Source: a virus. From it: DNA of 57,088 nt. Numbering within the stretch: position 1 is the stretch's first letter; every line of letters begins with the position of its first letter. The stretch lies in the IMG/VR virus record IMGVR_UViG_3300010232_000003; one strand, 5' to 3'. Under the pieces are notes generated by a model that did not search any database, was not told the DNA's origin, and worked only from the letters and a program-made list of their open reading frames with translations. Below are positions 29,689 to 38,470 of the stretch, one piece after another. The position numbers and the translations under genes are program-made.

Positions 29689-31281
29689 TCACCACACGAG
29701 TCTCGTCGGGCTCCCAGACGGCTCGGCTCGAGCCGCCCACGTCGCCATGTACGCGGCGTCGAGCAAATCGGGTGATTTCCCGAGGTGTTCCTTGACGTCG
29801 TCTTTCGACGTCGCTTGGAACACTGTTTCTTCCCGTGACTTATAGTACTTCTCCTCGATCTCGATCGTCCGAGCAGCGGCGAGGAGCTCTTCGCGTAACC
29901 GGCGACTATTGAACACGCCGCCATCGCGGAGGAACTGACCGAGCTTGTACAAGCCCTCAGTCCATCGGTCGTAGTACTCAGTGGACTCAGCTGCTTTTTC
30001 CCCCGCGTTGAACCTGACGAGCTCGTCGTGGAACGAGTGCACGCGATCCGCGAGCCCTGAGCCCTCGCCTTGCGCGTCCATCGCGACGGCGACGCCATCC
30101 CAGTCTTCGAGGTGATTCCTGACCTTCGACTCGTTCGCGTTGTGATCGACGCCTTGCCAGCGCCCGTGCACGCGTATCACGTCGCTGTGCTTCGCCGCGA
30201 GGACGTTGTGATCCCCGCCTTTCCGAGCGACGTCTAACCCGACGCCTTGCGGTATCGCGGTACTGATATCAGGGGAGCGCTCGTACGCTTCCTCGACGTC
30301 TTGCACGTTGAACGGCCGGAACACCATCGCGGAGTCCGGCGGCATCACGCCGGCGCGTCGACGATACCAGCGTTTATCCAAATCGTCGCGCTCCATGTGC
30401 GCGTGCCTCGCCCTCGACGCCCCGGGTTTGAGCACGTCGACGAGCTCGTCACGCGTCAAATCGCCGTTTTGAACGCGGTCTTTCAGCTCGGAAACCCCGG
30501 GGTACTCGCCGTCGCTCCACTGCTCCTCGGCCCTTGGCCACGGTTCCGTGTTCCAGTCCTCCCAATCCGCGGCCACGGTGACGAGATCCACGATACCCGG
30601 GATGCGCTCGTCGTCCAACTCGTCCATATCGACTTGGACGTTATGAGCTTCGAACGACGACAACTCGAGGACGTGCCACCGGGACTCGTCTTGCATCAAG
30701 TCGTACACGACGTTCGTCTCGTCTTCCGGTGGATTCGCCACGGCGATCATTCGATCGTTCATATCCGTCACCGAGGACCCGGCGCTATCGAAGTGCTCCC
30801 CCGTGATATACGCTTTATCAGCTTCCTCGATGACGATGAGAACATCAGCTGCGTGCCTGCCCTCGAGGTCCCCCGGGTCCCGTGGGCTCACGACCTTGAA
30901 AAACCATTCGTCGTCGAGCTCGAGTTTCGGTTGATTCCCGTCGTAGACACGAACCGGGATGTCGTGTTCGTCTCGGAGTTTCTTCGCGAGCGACTTCATC
31001 GGGTTCCACATCGTGTCGACGAATTGGCTATAGGAACCCGACGTCCCGAGACCGACGCTATCAGTGTTCGTCGCGATGAACGCGTCGCACAGCGCAGCGA
31101 TGACGTAGGATTTACCGAACCCGTTCGCGCCCACGACGAGTACGTGTTGATTCGTCGCGACCGCGCGGAGGATACGCTTCTGCGGCTCGGACACGTGGAG
31201 CTCGAGGAAATCCTCAGCGAAGCGAACGTAGCGATCGTCGCCCGACGTGTAATCACGTGGCGCTGGTTTCGATTGACTCAT
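29689..31281 (-). CDS. terL: Terminase large subunit
   Basis: Walker A VVGANGFGKSYV, Walker B LIVIEEAD, C-terminal nuclease-like half. Confidence 0.85.
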   Translation of the reverse strand: MSQSKPAPRDYTSGDDRYVRFAEDFLELHVSEPQKRILRAVATNQHVLVVGANGFGKSYVIAALCDAFIATNTDSVGLGTSGSYSQFVDTMWNPMKSLAKKLRDEHDIPVRVYDGNQPKLELDDEWFFKVVSPRDPGDLEGRHAADVLIVIEEADKAYITGEHFDSAGSSVTDMNDRMIAVANPPEDETNVVYDLMQDESRWHVLELSSFEAHNVQVDMDELDDERIPGIVDLVTVAADWEDWNTEPWPRAEEQWSDGEYPGVSELKDRVQNGDLTRDELVDVLKPGASRARHAHMERDDLDKRWYRRRAGVMPPDSAMVFRPFNVQDVEEAYERSPDISTAIPQGVGLDVARKGGDHNVLAAKHSDVIRVHGRWQGVDHNANESKVRNHLEDWDGVAVAMDAQGEGSGLADRVHSFHDELVRFNAGEKAAESTEYYDRWTEGLYKLGQFLRDGGVFNSRRLREELLAAARTIEIEEKYYKSREETVFQATSKDDVKEHLGKSPDLLDAAYMATWAARAEPSGSPTRLVW

Positions 31282-31709
31282 TCACTTGACTCGATGTATT
31301 CGCGCCACGTGATCTCGTGTTCCTCGGGCTCGGTGTTGATCGCGCCACGGCGCTCGAGCCACTCGGCTTCTTTCTCGAGGATCTCCACGGCGCCTTTCCA
31401 GTCGCCCTCGCGGAGCGCTTCTCGCTTCGCTTTCTCGAACACAGTCCAGTTCTCACCGGTGTGGTGCTCGCCGAGGAACGACTCGATGAACTCCGCGATG
31501 GCGTCGAGATCGTAGTAGATCTGGCGCCTGGACACGTCGAGTTTCTCGCACTCTTCCTGCGTGTCGATGAGACTCGGGTGCCCTTCTTCTTTCACGCGCT
31601 CGTAGATATACGCCCTGCGTTGACGCGCGTGACACTCCGAGAGGTCATCGGGGATCGGTATCCTGTTGAGATCGACGCCTTGCCAGTTACCGTTGGATGA
31701 ATCGGGCAT
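31278..31709 (-). CDS. terS: Terminase small subunit (putative, HTH)
   Basis: Immediately upstream of terL with an overlapping stop. HTH-like VSRRQIYYDLDAI. Confidence 0.55.
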   Translation of the reverse strand: MPDSSNGNWQGVDLNRIPIPDDLSECHARQRRAYIYERVKEEGHPSLIDTQEECEKLDVSRRQIYYDLDAIAEFIESFLGEHHTGENWTVFEKAKREALREGDWKGAVEILEKEAEWLERRGAINTEPEEHEITWREYIESSE

Positions 31710-31729
31710 CTCGTATCACCGTTGATTCG

Positions 31730-32230
31730 CTACCGCGAGCTCGTGGACGTCTCCGTGTTTCTCAGTGTCCATACCTTGATCGCTCCTTGAACCGCGTGCC
31801 CGAGAACGGAGTCGAGTCGAGACTGGTTCTCGGGTCTCTGCATGTCCATTCGCACCCTGTCGAGTAACGTGTCCCTGTCGAAATCGATGTTTTTCTCATC
31901 GAGTCGAGTCGCGACGCGTTTCGCGTACGTCATCGCGACCTCGAGCTCGACTGGCCTGAGCGGGATCCCGCGTTGACCGCATTTACACGACTGTATCGTC
32001 GCACCGTCGTCGCTATCGGGGTACATGTGCTCGACTCGAGTCGAGCGAACGAATCGCATCGAGGGTAAATCGACTTCTTCCCACCACACGTCGGGTTCCC
32101 CGTCACTGTTCTTGAACGCTCGCTTCGCGTAGTTCCGTTCGATGGTGTCGTGCGTGCGACGGAAACAGTTGTTACACACGTCTTTGTCGCGTTGCACGAG
32201 TTCCTTGAACGCTTCGGTGCGAGAAGACAT
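31730..32230 (-). CDS. Hypothetical Cys-rich protein
   Basis: ATG 32230 is preferred because the upstream GTG lies inside a strong hairpin (32244-32278). CNNC..CKCG. Confidence 0.55.
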   Translation of the reverse strand: MSSRTEAFKELVQRDKDVCNNCFRRTHDTIERNYAKRAFKNSDGEPDVWWEEVDLPSMRFVRSTRVEHMYPDSDDGATIQSCKCGQRGIPLRPVELEVAMTYAKRVATRLDEKNIDFDRDTLLDRVRMDMQRPENQSRLDSVLGHAVQGAIKVWTLRNTETSTSSR

Positions 32231-32479
32231 GCTAGTGTTTGAACTCACTGGAGTCGACGCGTCAACTCGTCCAGTGAGGCCTAGTAGAGAATAGGGGTCT
32301 GATGAGTGAAAAGCGTTGCCCCGGAATCACTGGGAGTCAGAGCGGTCTCGCCGTAGTGCACGTCGTAGTCTCTCCATCCGGAGTTCTTCTTCGCGTTCCG
32401 CTAGTTCATCGACCCGACCATGTCTGTGCTCATGTCGACGAGTGTCACTTGGAGCTCGCGGTGACGACGCTCCAACTCG

Positions 32480-32866
32480 TCATTCGAGCCTCGTGCACTC
32501 GAACGATCGAGCTGTTTTCACGGCGCGTTCCTCGAGGAACGCTCGATCGCTCCCCGGTGGCGACGGCTCCCAGTCGACGAAGTCGCCATTCGTGGTCGTT
32601 CGAGCGACGACTCGGGCGTCGATCTCGCCCGTGACGTCGAACACGACTCGGTGCTCGCCGCGTGGCTCGTCGAGTCGCACGGCGCGGAGCGACCAGTCGA
32701 GCCGTGGTCCATACACGTGACTGACGACGACTCGACTCGTAACGATGGACCGATCGCACTCCTGGCATTTCACGGTGCGATCCGCGACTGCTTCGAGTTC
32801 ACCGTTACACTCGCTACACGTCTTGTCGATCGTTTCGCATCGGTCGTGCTCGCTATGGGACCTCAT
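32480..32866 (-). CDS. Zinc-ribbon hypothetical protein
   Basis: CSEC..CQEC. Diverged promoter cassette upstream. Confidence 0.55.
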   Translation of the reverse strand: MRSHSEHDRCETIDKTCSECNGELEAVADRTVKCQECDRSIVTSRVVVSHVYGPRLDWSLRAVRLDEPRGEHRVVFDVTGEIDARVVARTTTNGDFVDWEPSPPGSDRAFLEERAVKTARSFECTRLE

Positions 32867-32925
32867 TCCAGTTGGATAATGGACCCGTACCGTTATAAGT
32901 CTTTCTTTAACACACCGGTGTGAAG
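32867..32925 (-). promoter_or_regulatory. Diverged copy of the class-A promoter/leader cassette
   Basis: ATAAGTCTT at 32905-32913 on the plus strand and GGGACCTC at the gene start. Confidence 0.5.
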
Positions 32926-32951
32926 AATACCACGGCGCTCGTCACTATCCC

Positions 32952-33239
32952 TCATAGACCAATCAACTCCGAGAACCGCTTATCTATATGGAAATGACTA
33001 CACTCCTGGCACTCCAACACGTTCCTCACGAGCTCAACGTCCGCGAGGCCACTCGCGCCACACACGTTACACGAATCTATCTCGTACACTACGTCGAACC
33101 GATCACTACTGTAACACCTACCTTCGTCGTCTCGAACAACGCCCTCGCCATCCGCTTGACAGAGCTGATACTCGTACTCGTACCCAGGTTCCATCACGCA
33201 AATAACGCCTGGCTCGCTCTCCAGAACGTTACTCATCAT
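32952..33239 (-). CDS. Zinc-ribbon hypothetical protein
   Basis: CNVC..CQEC. Confidence 0.55.
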   Translation of the reverse strand: MMSNVLESEPGVICVMEPGYEYEYQLCQADGEGVVRDDEGRCYSSDRFDVVYEIDSCNVCGASGLADVELVRNVLECQECSHFHIDKRFSELIGL

Positions 33240-33549
33240 CCTGGAGTGACTCCTCCAGCCACGTCGTAGCCGTATCCAGGTGTTCGTCGGATACCGGTGA
33301 AAGACGCTCTCGCTCCCGTGTCAACTGGTGAAGCATCGTCGCTGCTTTCTGCTGGTCGATTTCGATAGTCTCGGTACCATCCCGATTCGTCTCATCTGAC
33401 CATTCCCAATAAACGTACATCTGCCCGTCCTGAATCTCTATTCGCGTCACGTGTTTCTCGTCGAAATCAGGGTGTCGAAGCTTCTCCTCGATGTTTATGG
33501 AGCGGTTCCGGATACTGAAGCGCATCGGGTTCTTCAACCCGTCAGTCAT
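33229..33549 (-). CDS. Hypothetical protein
   Basis: 106-aa acidic ORF that overlaps its neighbours. Confidence 0.55.
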   Translation of the reverse strand: MTDGLKNPMRFSIRNRSINIEEKLRHPDFDEKHVTRIEIQDGQMYVYWEWSDETNRDGTETIEIDQQKAATMLHQLTRERERLSPVSDEHLDTATTWLEESLQDDE

Positions 33550-33739
33550 CGTTGGTCTCTCCGGATAGCTCCGCTCGGATCAGTTCATCGACAGTACCGG
33601 GGTCAGTCGACCCACCAGTGGCCTGCATCACTTGCCCAACGAGGAAGTTCAGGGCACCGTCCTCACCCTCGTGATAGTCTTCGATGGCTCCGGGATTGTC
33701 AGCGATGACGGTCTCAACGGCATCGTCGACTTCAGTCAT
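33542..33739 (-). CDS. Stand-alone GatB/YqeY-type domain protein
   Basis: VIADNPGAIEDYHEGEDGALNFLVGQVMQATGGSTDPGTVDELIRAEL matches the GatB C-terminal / YqeY pattern (vi..NP.a.edy..G...al.flvGqvMk.tkG.adp..v..ll...L). Confidence 0.7.
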   Translation of the reverse strand: MTEVDDAVETVIADNPGAIEDYHEGEDGALNFLVGQVMQATGGSTDPGTVDELIRAELSGETNDD

Positions 33740-33959
33740 TCTCCTGGCGGCGAAGCGCCTTAGCTACCTCGGACACCACTATGTACGTGACGCGTGCCTG
33801 ATGGAGTCGACCCTTCTTGTAGATCGTGTCAGGCGCGTCATCGCTTTCGTCGACTCGCTCGGCACAGGCATCGACCTCCTTGCGCCAGTACTCTTCGAGC
33901 CCGTATACAAGCGCCTCGGCGTCACCGTCGACGACCTGATCCGCCAGGTTGTTAGTCAT
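33732..33959 (-). CDS. Hypothetical protein
   Basis: Trimmed to ATG 33959 (MTNNLADQ). Confidence 0.5.
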   Translation of the reverse strand: MTNNLADQVVDGDAEALVYGLEEYWRKEVDACAERVDESDDAPDTIYKKGRLHQARVTYIVVSEVAKALRRQEND

Positions 33960-34227
33960 TGTATCGCCCTTGTCGCGCCGCTTCCTGGACACCAGGCACC
34001 ACGTAGCTCGCGGTGCAGATCGCGCAGAGCTCGACACTACCGTCGTGAAACGGCCACTCCACGGTGCGCGTGGGCTCGTCGTCACGCGGGTGCGCGTCGT
34101 CTCGACCCGCGAAGTGACCGAGCGTCACTGAGTCACCAATCGCGCCGTGCTCCCGGCAAATCGAGATAGTGGTCGGGGTCCCGCCATAGTACTCGTCGCA
34201 GCCATCGCAGCGGAACGCTTCGCTCAT
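33952..34227 (-). CDS. Cys-rich hypothetical protein
   Basis: CDGC..CAIC. Confidence 0.5.
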   Translation of the reverse strand: MSEAFRCDGCDEYYGGTPTTISICREHGAIGDSVTLGHFAGRDDAHPRDDEPTRTVEWPFHDGSVELCAICTASYVVPGVQEAARQGRYND

Positions 34228-34490
34228 GAGTCTCCCCCGAATTTCTCCTGGACGAGAACCATTTGTTCCTCTGAGAGAAACCCGTGTAGTGAAAGTAGTT
34301 GCTCCCTCGGGACCACGCCCTCGCTCACGAGGGACGTAACTACTTCAGCGATTCGATGGTCGACTGGGTACCCGTTTAGTGCGAGTCGGTAGATTCGATA
34401 CGCGCTCGCGTCGGTTTCGACGACAGTGACGTCGTCGCGGAAGTGCTCACGCGTCGCAGCGCCCGGACCCACGATGTCACCGATGTTCAT
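34224..34490 (-). CDS. Hypothetical protein
   Basis: Trimmed to ATG 34490, which makes an ATGA overlap with the upstream stop. Confidence 0.5.
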   Translation of the reverse strand: MNIGDIVGPGAATREHFRDDVTVVETDASAYRIYRLALNGYPVDHRIAEVVTSLVSEGVVPREQLLSLHGFLSEEQMVLVQEKFGGDS

Positions 34491-34693
34491 CGGCCCCTCC
34501 ATTCGTCGAGATCGATCGTCACCGTGATGGTCACGGATGCCGGGACGTCGAACTGGTGTCGCTCCTCGACGTAGATCCACTCGTGCTCGTTCGCGATGCA
34601 CTGTACGTCGTCGAGGTTGCCCTGGTCGATCGTGACCTCCGTGCTGTACTCGTTCCTGCTCACGTATCGTCGTAGCTCGTCGAGTGCCTCCAT
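34487..34693 (-). CDS. Hypothetical protein (first gene of the leftward operon)
   Basis: 68-aa acidic ORF. TATA-like GTAAGTCTT (34725-34733) lies about 30 nt upstream. Confidence 0.5.
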   Translation of the reverse strand: MEALDELRRYVSRNEYSTEVTIDQGNLDDVQCIANEHEWIYVEERHQFDVPASVTITVTIDLDEWRGR

Positions 34694-34814
34694 GTTTGGT
34701 ATTGGAACCCCGAGATTGTAAGTCTTTCTTACCGTGAAAGAGAGGCCAATAGGCTATATTCCGAGTTGAAAGTATGCCACGCGCCTTACTTTACAAAAAA
34801 CCGAGTCCGTAAGA

Positions 34815-34838
34815 CTGCCTTGTTACCGAGCAAGACAG
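34815..34838 (-). promoter_or_regulatory. Conserved hairpin block 1, left copy
   Basis: 24/24 identical to the reverse complement of 38695-38718. Internally CTGCCTTG-N8-CAAGACAG. Confidence 0.7.
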
Positions 34839-34896
34839 AACGTGTCAACTCAATAGACAGATCCACGCCGCGTAGCGACCCACAGCACCATCGCGA

Positions 34897-34929
34897 AACG
34901 GTGTTGCTTACTATAATAAGAACAACACC
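34897..34929 (-). promoter_or_regulatory. Dyad-flanked TATA element block 2, left copy
   Basis: 33/33 identical to the reverse complement of 38596-38628. GGTGTTG-N16(TATAATAAG)-CAACACC. Confidence 0.7.
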
Positions 34930-35066
34930 CATCACTTACATACAGAGCCCGTCAAAATCAGCGTCAGCCGTATCGACGACTTCGCTTCGCTAGAGACACC
35001 GCCGCGGTACTGGCGATCCTCGAGAACGGGCGGGGCGCAGTGAAGTCTTTGATCGTTGCGCGAGCG

Positions 35067-35678
35067 TTACTGGCTCGGATGGACTTCGTCGCCCCACGCG
35101 TCCCATCCGTCCCTGGATTCCCTACTGAATAGTTCTAGGCGAGGGAGGGCATTGGATAGTTCTTCAGCTAGCCGGTAGGATTTCGCGGGTTTCGAGCTGT
35201 GCTCGGTGCGTTCTGCTAGGATGTAGTTCGGAACGTCGTTTCGATCCGTGGCTTTGTTTCCTTTGGCGCAGAACAGGATGTGTTCAGTGCAGTTCCGGAG
35301 GTAGTGTCCCATCCCGATGTGTTCGTTTATTGGCGTTGGTTCGTCGCGCTCGTGAGGTAGCCCGTTGGGTTCATCGGTTACTTTTAGCCAGGTGATGATG
35401 GTTTTTTGTTCGAATCCCCACGCGTTAGCTACGTGCATCGCTTGCTCGATGAAGGAATTCGTGAACCATAGGTACAGGTGGGCTGTTGGAGCAGTCGCTT
35501 TTCGTATCTGTGGTCCCATCCCGGCCACTGTGCCGTTGTGCAGTGTATCGTAGTGCGAGTCGCTTCCGCGGCCTGGCCCTGGGAGATCGTCGTCGTACGC
35601 CCACGGAGGGTCGGCCATCAGGGTTCGGTATTCGTTGTTCGGGATGGGCGGTAGTTGCGGGAAGTGTAAGTCAGACAT
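35067..35678 (-). CDS. MT-A70-family N6-adenine DNA methyltransferase
   Basis: LMADPPWAY (DPPW catalytic motif). 203 aa. Confidence 0.85.
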   Translation of the reverse strand: MSDLHFPQLPPIPNNEYRTLMADPPWAYDDDLPGPGRGSDSHYDTLHNGTVAGMGPQIRKATAPTAHLYLWFTNSFIEQAMHVANAWGFEQKTIITWLKVTDEPNGLPHERDEPTPINEHIGMGHYLRNCTEHILFCAKGNKATDRNDVPNYILAERTEHSSKPAKSYRLAEELSNALPRLELFSRESRDGWDAWGDEVHPSQ

Positions 35679-35706
35679 CTGTACGTGTTATATTACACGT
35701 ATCACA

Positions 35707-35715
35707 ATAAGTCTT
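35707..35715 (-). promoter_or_regulatory. Class-A TATA-like box
   Basis: ATAAGTCTT on the plus strand, about 30 nt upstream of ATG 35678. Confidence 0.55.
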
Positions 35716-35743
35716 TCTCTTACTGTCACGCAATGCGTGACGG

Positions 35744-36325
35744 TTAGAGCTCGAGGATCGAGCCAGTCGGGATCTCGTCGAGCTCGCTCGACTGCACGAC
35801 TCGCGGGGACTCGAGGTCATCCGTGGTGACCCTGAAGCGCCCCGAGTACACGAGCGCCCGGGCCGTGTCAGTGACGACGATAAACGTTTCACTCGTGAGC
35901 GCGCCAAGCGACTCGACCGCGTCGCGGAGCTCGACGCCGTCCTCGAGGCGTGCTTCGAGTTCACGGGCCACGTGCCACGAGTCCGCACGGCCATCGTGTG
36001 GAGCGTCGTGCCACGTGCCGTTGTGCGCGAGCGCCGCTGTGCGCGACGCACCCCCGGGTTCGTGCCAGTGAATCAAGAACGGGTGCGCGTTCTCCTCCGT
36101 GATCTCGCCGCGAGTCGCGAGTCGCGTGTGTACGAGCGCGACCTCGGCCTCGGGGCTCATCGCGAACGTGTCGATGGTCCCGACCTGTGTGAACGTCTCG
36201 AGTTTCTCGCCATCGGAGATCGCGTAGCCCCAAGAGTGCCCGCCGCTCGCGTCCTCGTGTCGTTGGCACGCGTCGATCCCCGAGGCGAGCGGGGAGTCGC
36301 CGCGCTGCGCAGTCATCCAGCACAC
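35744..36325 (-). CDS. Class-II (Ntn) glutamine amidotransferase-like protein
   Basis: GTG-TGC start gives an N-terminal Met-Cys. GGAGG lies 8 nt upstream. ..GHSWGYA..VHTRLATRG..NAHPF. Confidence 0.65.
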   Translation of the reverse strand: MCWMTAQRGDSPLASGIDACQRHEDASGGHSWGYAISDGEKLETFTQVGTIDTFAMSPEAEVALVHTRLATRGEITEENAHPFLIHWHEPGGASRTAALAHNGTWHDAPHDGRADSWHVARELEARLEDGVELRDAVESLGALTSETFIVVTDTARALVYSGRFRVTTDDLESPRVVQSSELDEIPTGSILEL

Positions 36326-36400
36326 TGTTGATCGCCTCCGTTATGGGACCTCATATCCATTTAGACTATAGACTGGTAAGACAATAAATCTTACTCTTTA
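36326..36400 (-). promoter_or_regulatory. Diverged class-A promoter/leader cassette (overlaps the stop of the HNH gene)
   Basis: Gene-sense TAAGATTTATTGTCTTACCAGTCTATAGTCTAAATGGATATGAGGTCCCA. Confidence 0.5.
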
Positions 36401-36873
36401 TGTCTCTGTTTATGACACGACCTGCACAGCGTTACGAGGTTATCCAGATCATCGTTCCCGACGTCACCATCGATGTGATGAACGTCGAGCTGTATGTCGT
36501 GAGGATACTCGTCTTGTACGACGTCACAGTCTTGACACGCATAGTTATCACGTCGACGTGCAGGTGCTTTCCCTGACCTCGTCCCGTACTGTCGCTCTGG
36601 ATTCCATCGAGGGTGCTGCTCTCCGCTACGCCCATACATACTGTTATTCGTGCCACGCTGTGATTGACTTAGTTTACGTCGATGTTCTTCATCGAACTCG
36701 GGCGTCGTTGGTGGATTCTCGTTCTCGTCTTTGAGCTGCTGTGGGAGTTCCCCGTGCGCTGTGCCGTAGTGGATGTTTCGTCCATGCACTGAGTCGAACT
36801 CGTGGTCACACTCCGGGCAATCGACCATGTGTCGAATTATGTGTTGCACTCCGATAAAAGTTTTCACTGTCAC
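36391..36873 (-). CDS. Homing-type endonuclease: one C2H2 zinc finger plus HNH
   Basis: CPECDHEFDSVHGRNIHYGTAH. LDVHHIDGD..NLVTLCRSCH. The maximal ORF starts at GTG 36873, but ATG 36828 (MVDCPEC) is probably the real start. Confidence 0.8.
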   Translation of the reverse strand: MTVKTFIGVQHIIRHMVDCPECDHEFDSVHGRNIHYGTAHGELPQQLKDENENPPTTPEFDEEHRRKLSQSQRGTNNSMYGRSGEQHPRWNPERQYGTRSGKAPARRRDNYACQDCDVVQDEYPHDIQLDVHHIDGDVGNDDLDNLVTLCRSCHKQRHKE

Positions 36874-36953
36874 GCATTGCGCGACGGAAGGGGAGCGTGT
36901 GAGGAAGGGTGTGGTGCGTGACAGTTAATCGCCACGGCGCCCCTGTTCGGGCA

Positions 36954-37028
36954 CGTCACCTGTCCTTCGCGCTTCAGCCAGGTGAGCGGCTGGGATCGAA
37001 CCAGCTGCCTTCCATGTACACGTAAGGC
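36954..37028 (-). ncRNA. T-arm-containing structured RNA element in the leader of the HNH gene
   Basis: RNA: GCCUU-N12-AAGGC, then A, then GCUGG-UUCGAUC-CCAGC, then a 9-bp hairpin CG(C)UCACCUG..CAGGUGACG stacked on it. Confidence 0.3.
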
Positions 37029-37038
37029 CCGTAACGCC

Positions 37039-37047
37039 ATAAGTCTT
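37039..37047 (-). promoter_or_regulatory. Class-A TATA-like box
   Basis: ATAAGTCTTACTCTTAC on the plus strand, the same as in the 38282-38300 copy. Confidence 0.5.
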
Positions 37048-37279
37048 ACTCTTACACACTGACATGGCTGTGTGAGCAGGGCGAACAGCAGTGACTCATC
37101 GTCTCGCGAACCACCGAGGCGTACTGCGCGCCGCTTCGAGCAGCGTTACCCCCATGCTAAACACGCTCCAAACACCGCTACAGCAGCTTCGAGCGCGAAA
37201 CCCGGTCTCAAACACCGATATCTCAGCTGTTCACAGCTCGAAAACCGCGTCGAGACCGCTGCGAATACCTCGAGGAGCG

Positions 37280-38242
37280 CTACACCTCGTCCCAGCGCCG
37301 GTCGTCCACCATGCTCCAAAACCGAGAGCCCTCGTCGACCCTCCACGCTTCGCGACCCAAGTCCTCCGGGCCCGACTCGTGTCTCCCGTCGATCCGAGCC
37401 ATCGTGAACGCTTTGACGCGATCCTTGTAATTCCCGTGATCCGTGCCCATCGACCCGAGGATCGCTCGAAGCACCTCGAGCGCGTTGTCGAACTCCTCGC
37501 CGACCCCGGGGATCCCGCGCCCGTCCTCGAATTCAATGGACCCCGCGTCGCGGAGCGCCTCGATCGGGTCGTTCGCGTCGTACGCCGCGTCGTAGATCTC
37601 CGCGATGACCCTGGAGCGATCCCCAGCGAGTTTGGGTGACCATCCCTTCTCCACGCAGCGCCCCGCGACCCTCCGGAGGAACAACAACCCCACGATGGCT
37701 CGAGCCGGGTGCGCCTCGTTCATCCGGAGCTCGAGCGTGAGCGGTTTCCCGGAGTAATCCGCGCCGTTCATCGTGACGGCGTCGTAGCTCCGTGATTGAC
37801 TCCGAGGGTTGGAGACCATCGATTGCAGTGTGTCCTGCGAGTACCGCGTCGTCGTGGGGCTCGCCCATCGAGCGACTGAGTCCCTATAGCCGTTGGTCCA
37901 GTCCGCGCAGAACAACGGGAGCATGAATGGCGCGAGCTCGATGACGGTGTTGTGCGTGATGGTCCAGGCTTGGAGCTCGTCGTCGAAATCCGAGCCGACG
38001 TTGAGATGAACGTGGCTCCCGCACCCAGCGCCACCAGTGGTCTCGTTGTGCCACGTCCACGTCGAGCCGTCGCAGTCGTCCTTGAACGCGTTGAGAATGG
38101 ATTTGACTTGGTTGTACGCGCCGTAATCGGTTTCTTGGGGACCGCTACCGTCCCTGTGCCAGTCGTCGCCTTGCACGACGTCTCGCGGCGCTTGGTCGGG
38201 ATCTTGCTCGATTTCCATGCCGTGGGAGTAGTCGTAATACAT
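37280..38242 (-). CDS. Glutamine-synthetase-like amidoligase (Amidoligase_2-type)
   Basis: HGMEIE, GCGSHVHLNVG and TLELRMNE resemble the G.E.E / G.HVH / .E.R signature. Confidence 0.6.
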   Translation of the reverse strand: MYYDYSHGMEIEQDPDQAPRDVVQGDDWHRDGSGPQETDYGAYNQVKSILNAFKDDCDGSTWTWHNETTGGAGCGSHVHLNVGSDFDDELQAWTITHNTVIELAPFMLPLFCADWTNGYRDSVARWASPTTTRYSQDTLQSMVSNPRSQSRSYDAVTMNGADYSGKPLTLELRMNEAHPARAIVGLLFLRRVAGRCVEKGWSPKLAGDRSRVIAEIYDAAYDANDPIEALRDAGSIEFEDGRGIPGVGEEFDNALEVLRAILGSMGTDHGNYKDRVKAFTMARIDGRHESGPEDLGREAWRVDEGSRFWSMVDDRRWDEV

Positions 38243-38300
38243 GGGACCTCTTTTCCATTTAGACTAATGGCCGGTATCACAATAAGTCTTACTCTTACAC
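38243..38300 (-). promoter_or_regulatory. Class-A promoter/leader cassette, full copy
   Basis: The reverse complement is nearly identical (1 mismatch in ~56 nt) to 56690-56746. Confidence 0.75.
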
Positions 38301-38413
38301 ATACCGCACCGCGTGGCGACACCCACCCATCAGCGCGCAACAGAACCATCAAGAACCAAACCGCACTGAACGGAGGCGGGCTTGGGCAGTGTTGCAAGGC
38401 TATGGCTGGTTCA

Positions 38414-38470
38414 GCGGGCAGCGAGCTACGTGGCGGGCAGCGAGCTACGTGGCGGGCAGCGAGCTACGTG
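38414..38470. repeat. Three perfect tandem 19-bp repeats (GCGGGCAGCGAGCTACGTG) plus a degenerate fourth
   Basis: Copies at 38414-38432, 38433-38451 and 38452-38470, read directly. Confidence 0.9.

Noticed and set aside
29685-30098. N-terminal extensions of track ORFs. Examples are 28404-30098, 42005-43981, 41124-42200, 51015-51755, 56161-56814 and 38658-39305.
   Set aside because: The extensions overlap the upstream gene, promoter cassettes or the tRNA region. They are basic and low-complexity. Internal starts with proper spacing to TATA-like or SD-like signals were used instead.
32244-32278. Strong 35-nt hairpin (CTCACTGGA..TCCAGTGAG with an inner GTTGA-CGCG-TCGAC) as an intrinsic terminator.
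   Set aside because: No U-tract follows. It lies 14 nt upstream of ATG 32230 inside an operon. It may affect translation or mRNA stability, but there is no evidence for termination.
32299-32306. CTGATGAG, which could be a hammerhead core or a C-box of a C/D sRNA.
   Set aside because: No stem II hairpin or GAAA/cleavage-site arrangement follows. No CUGA D-box lies at a suitable distance. It is likely chance.
38414-38470. Possible CRISPR array.
   Set aside because: The 19-bp units are directly adjacent with no spacers, and there are only three copies. This is an iteron-like tandem repeat, not a CRISPR array.
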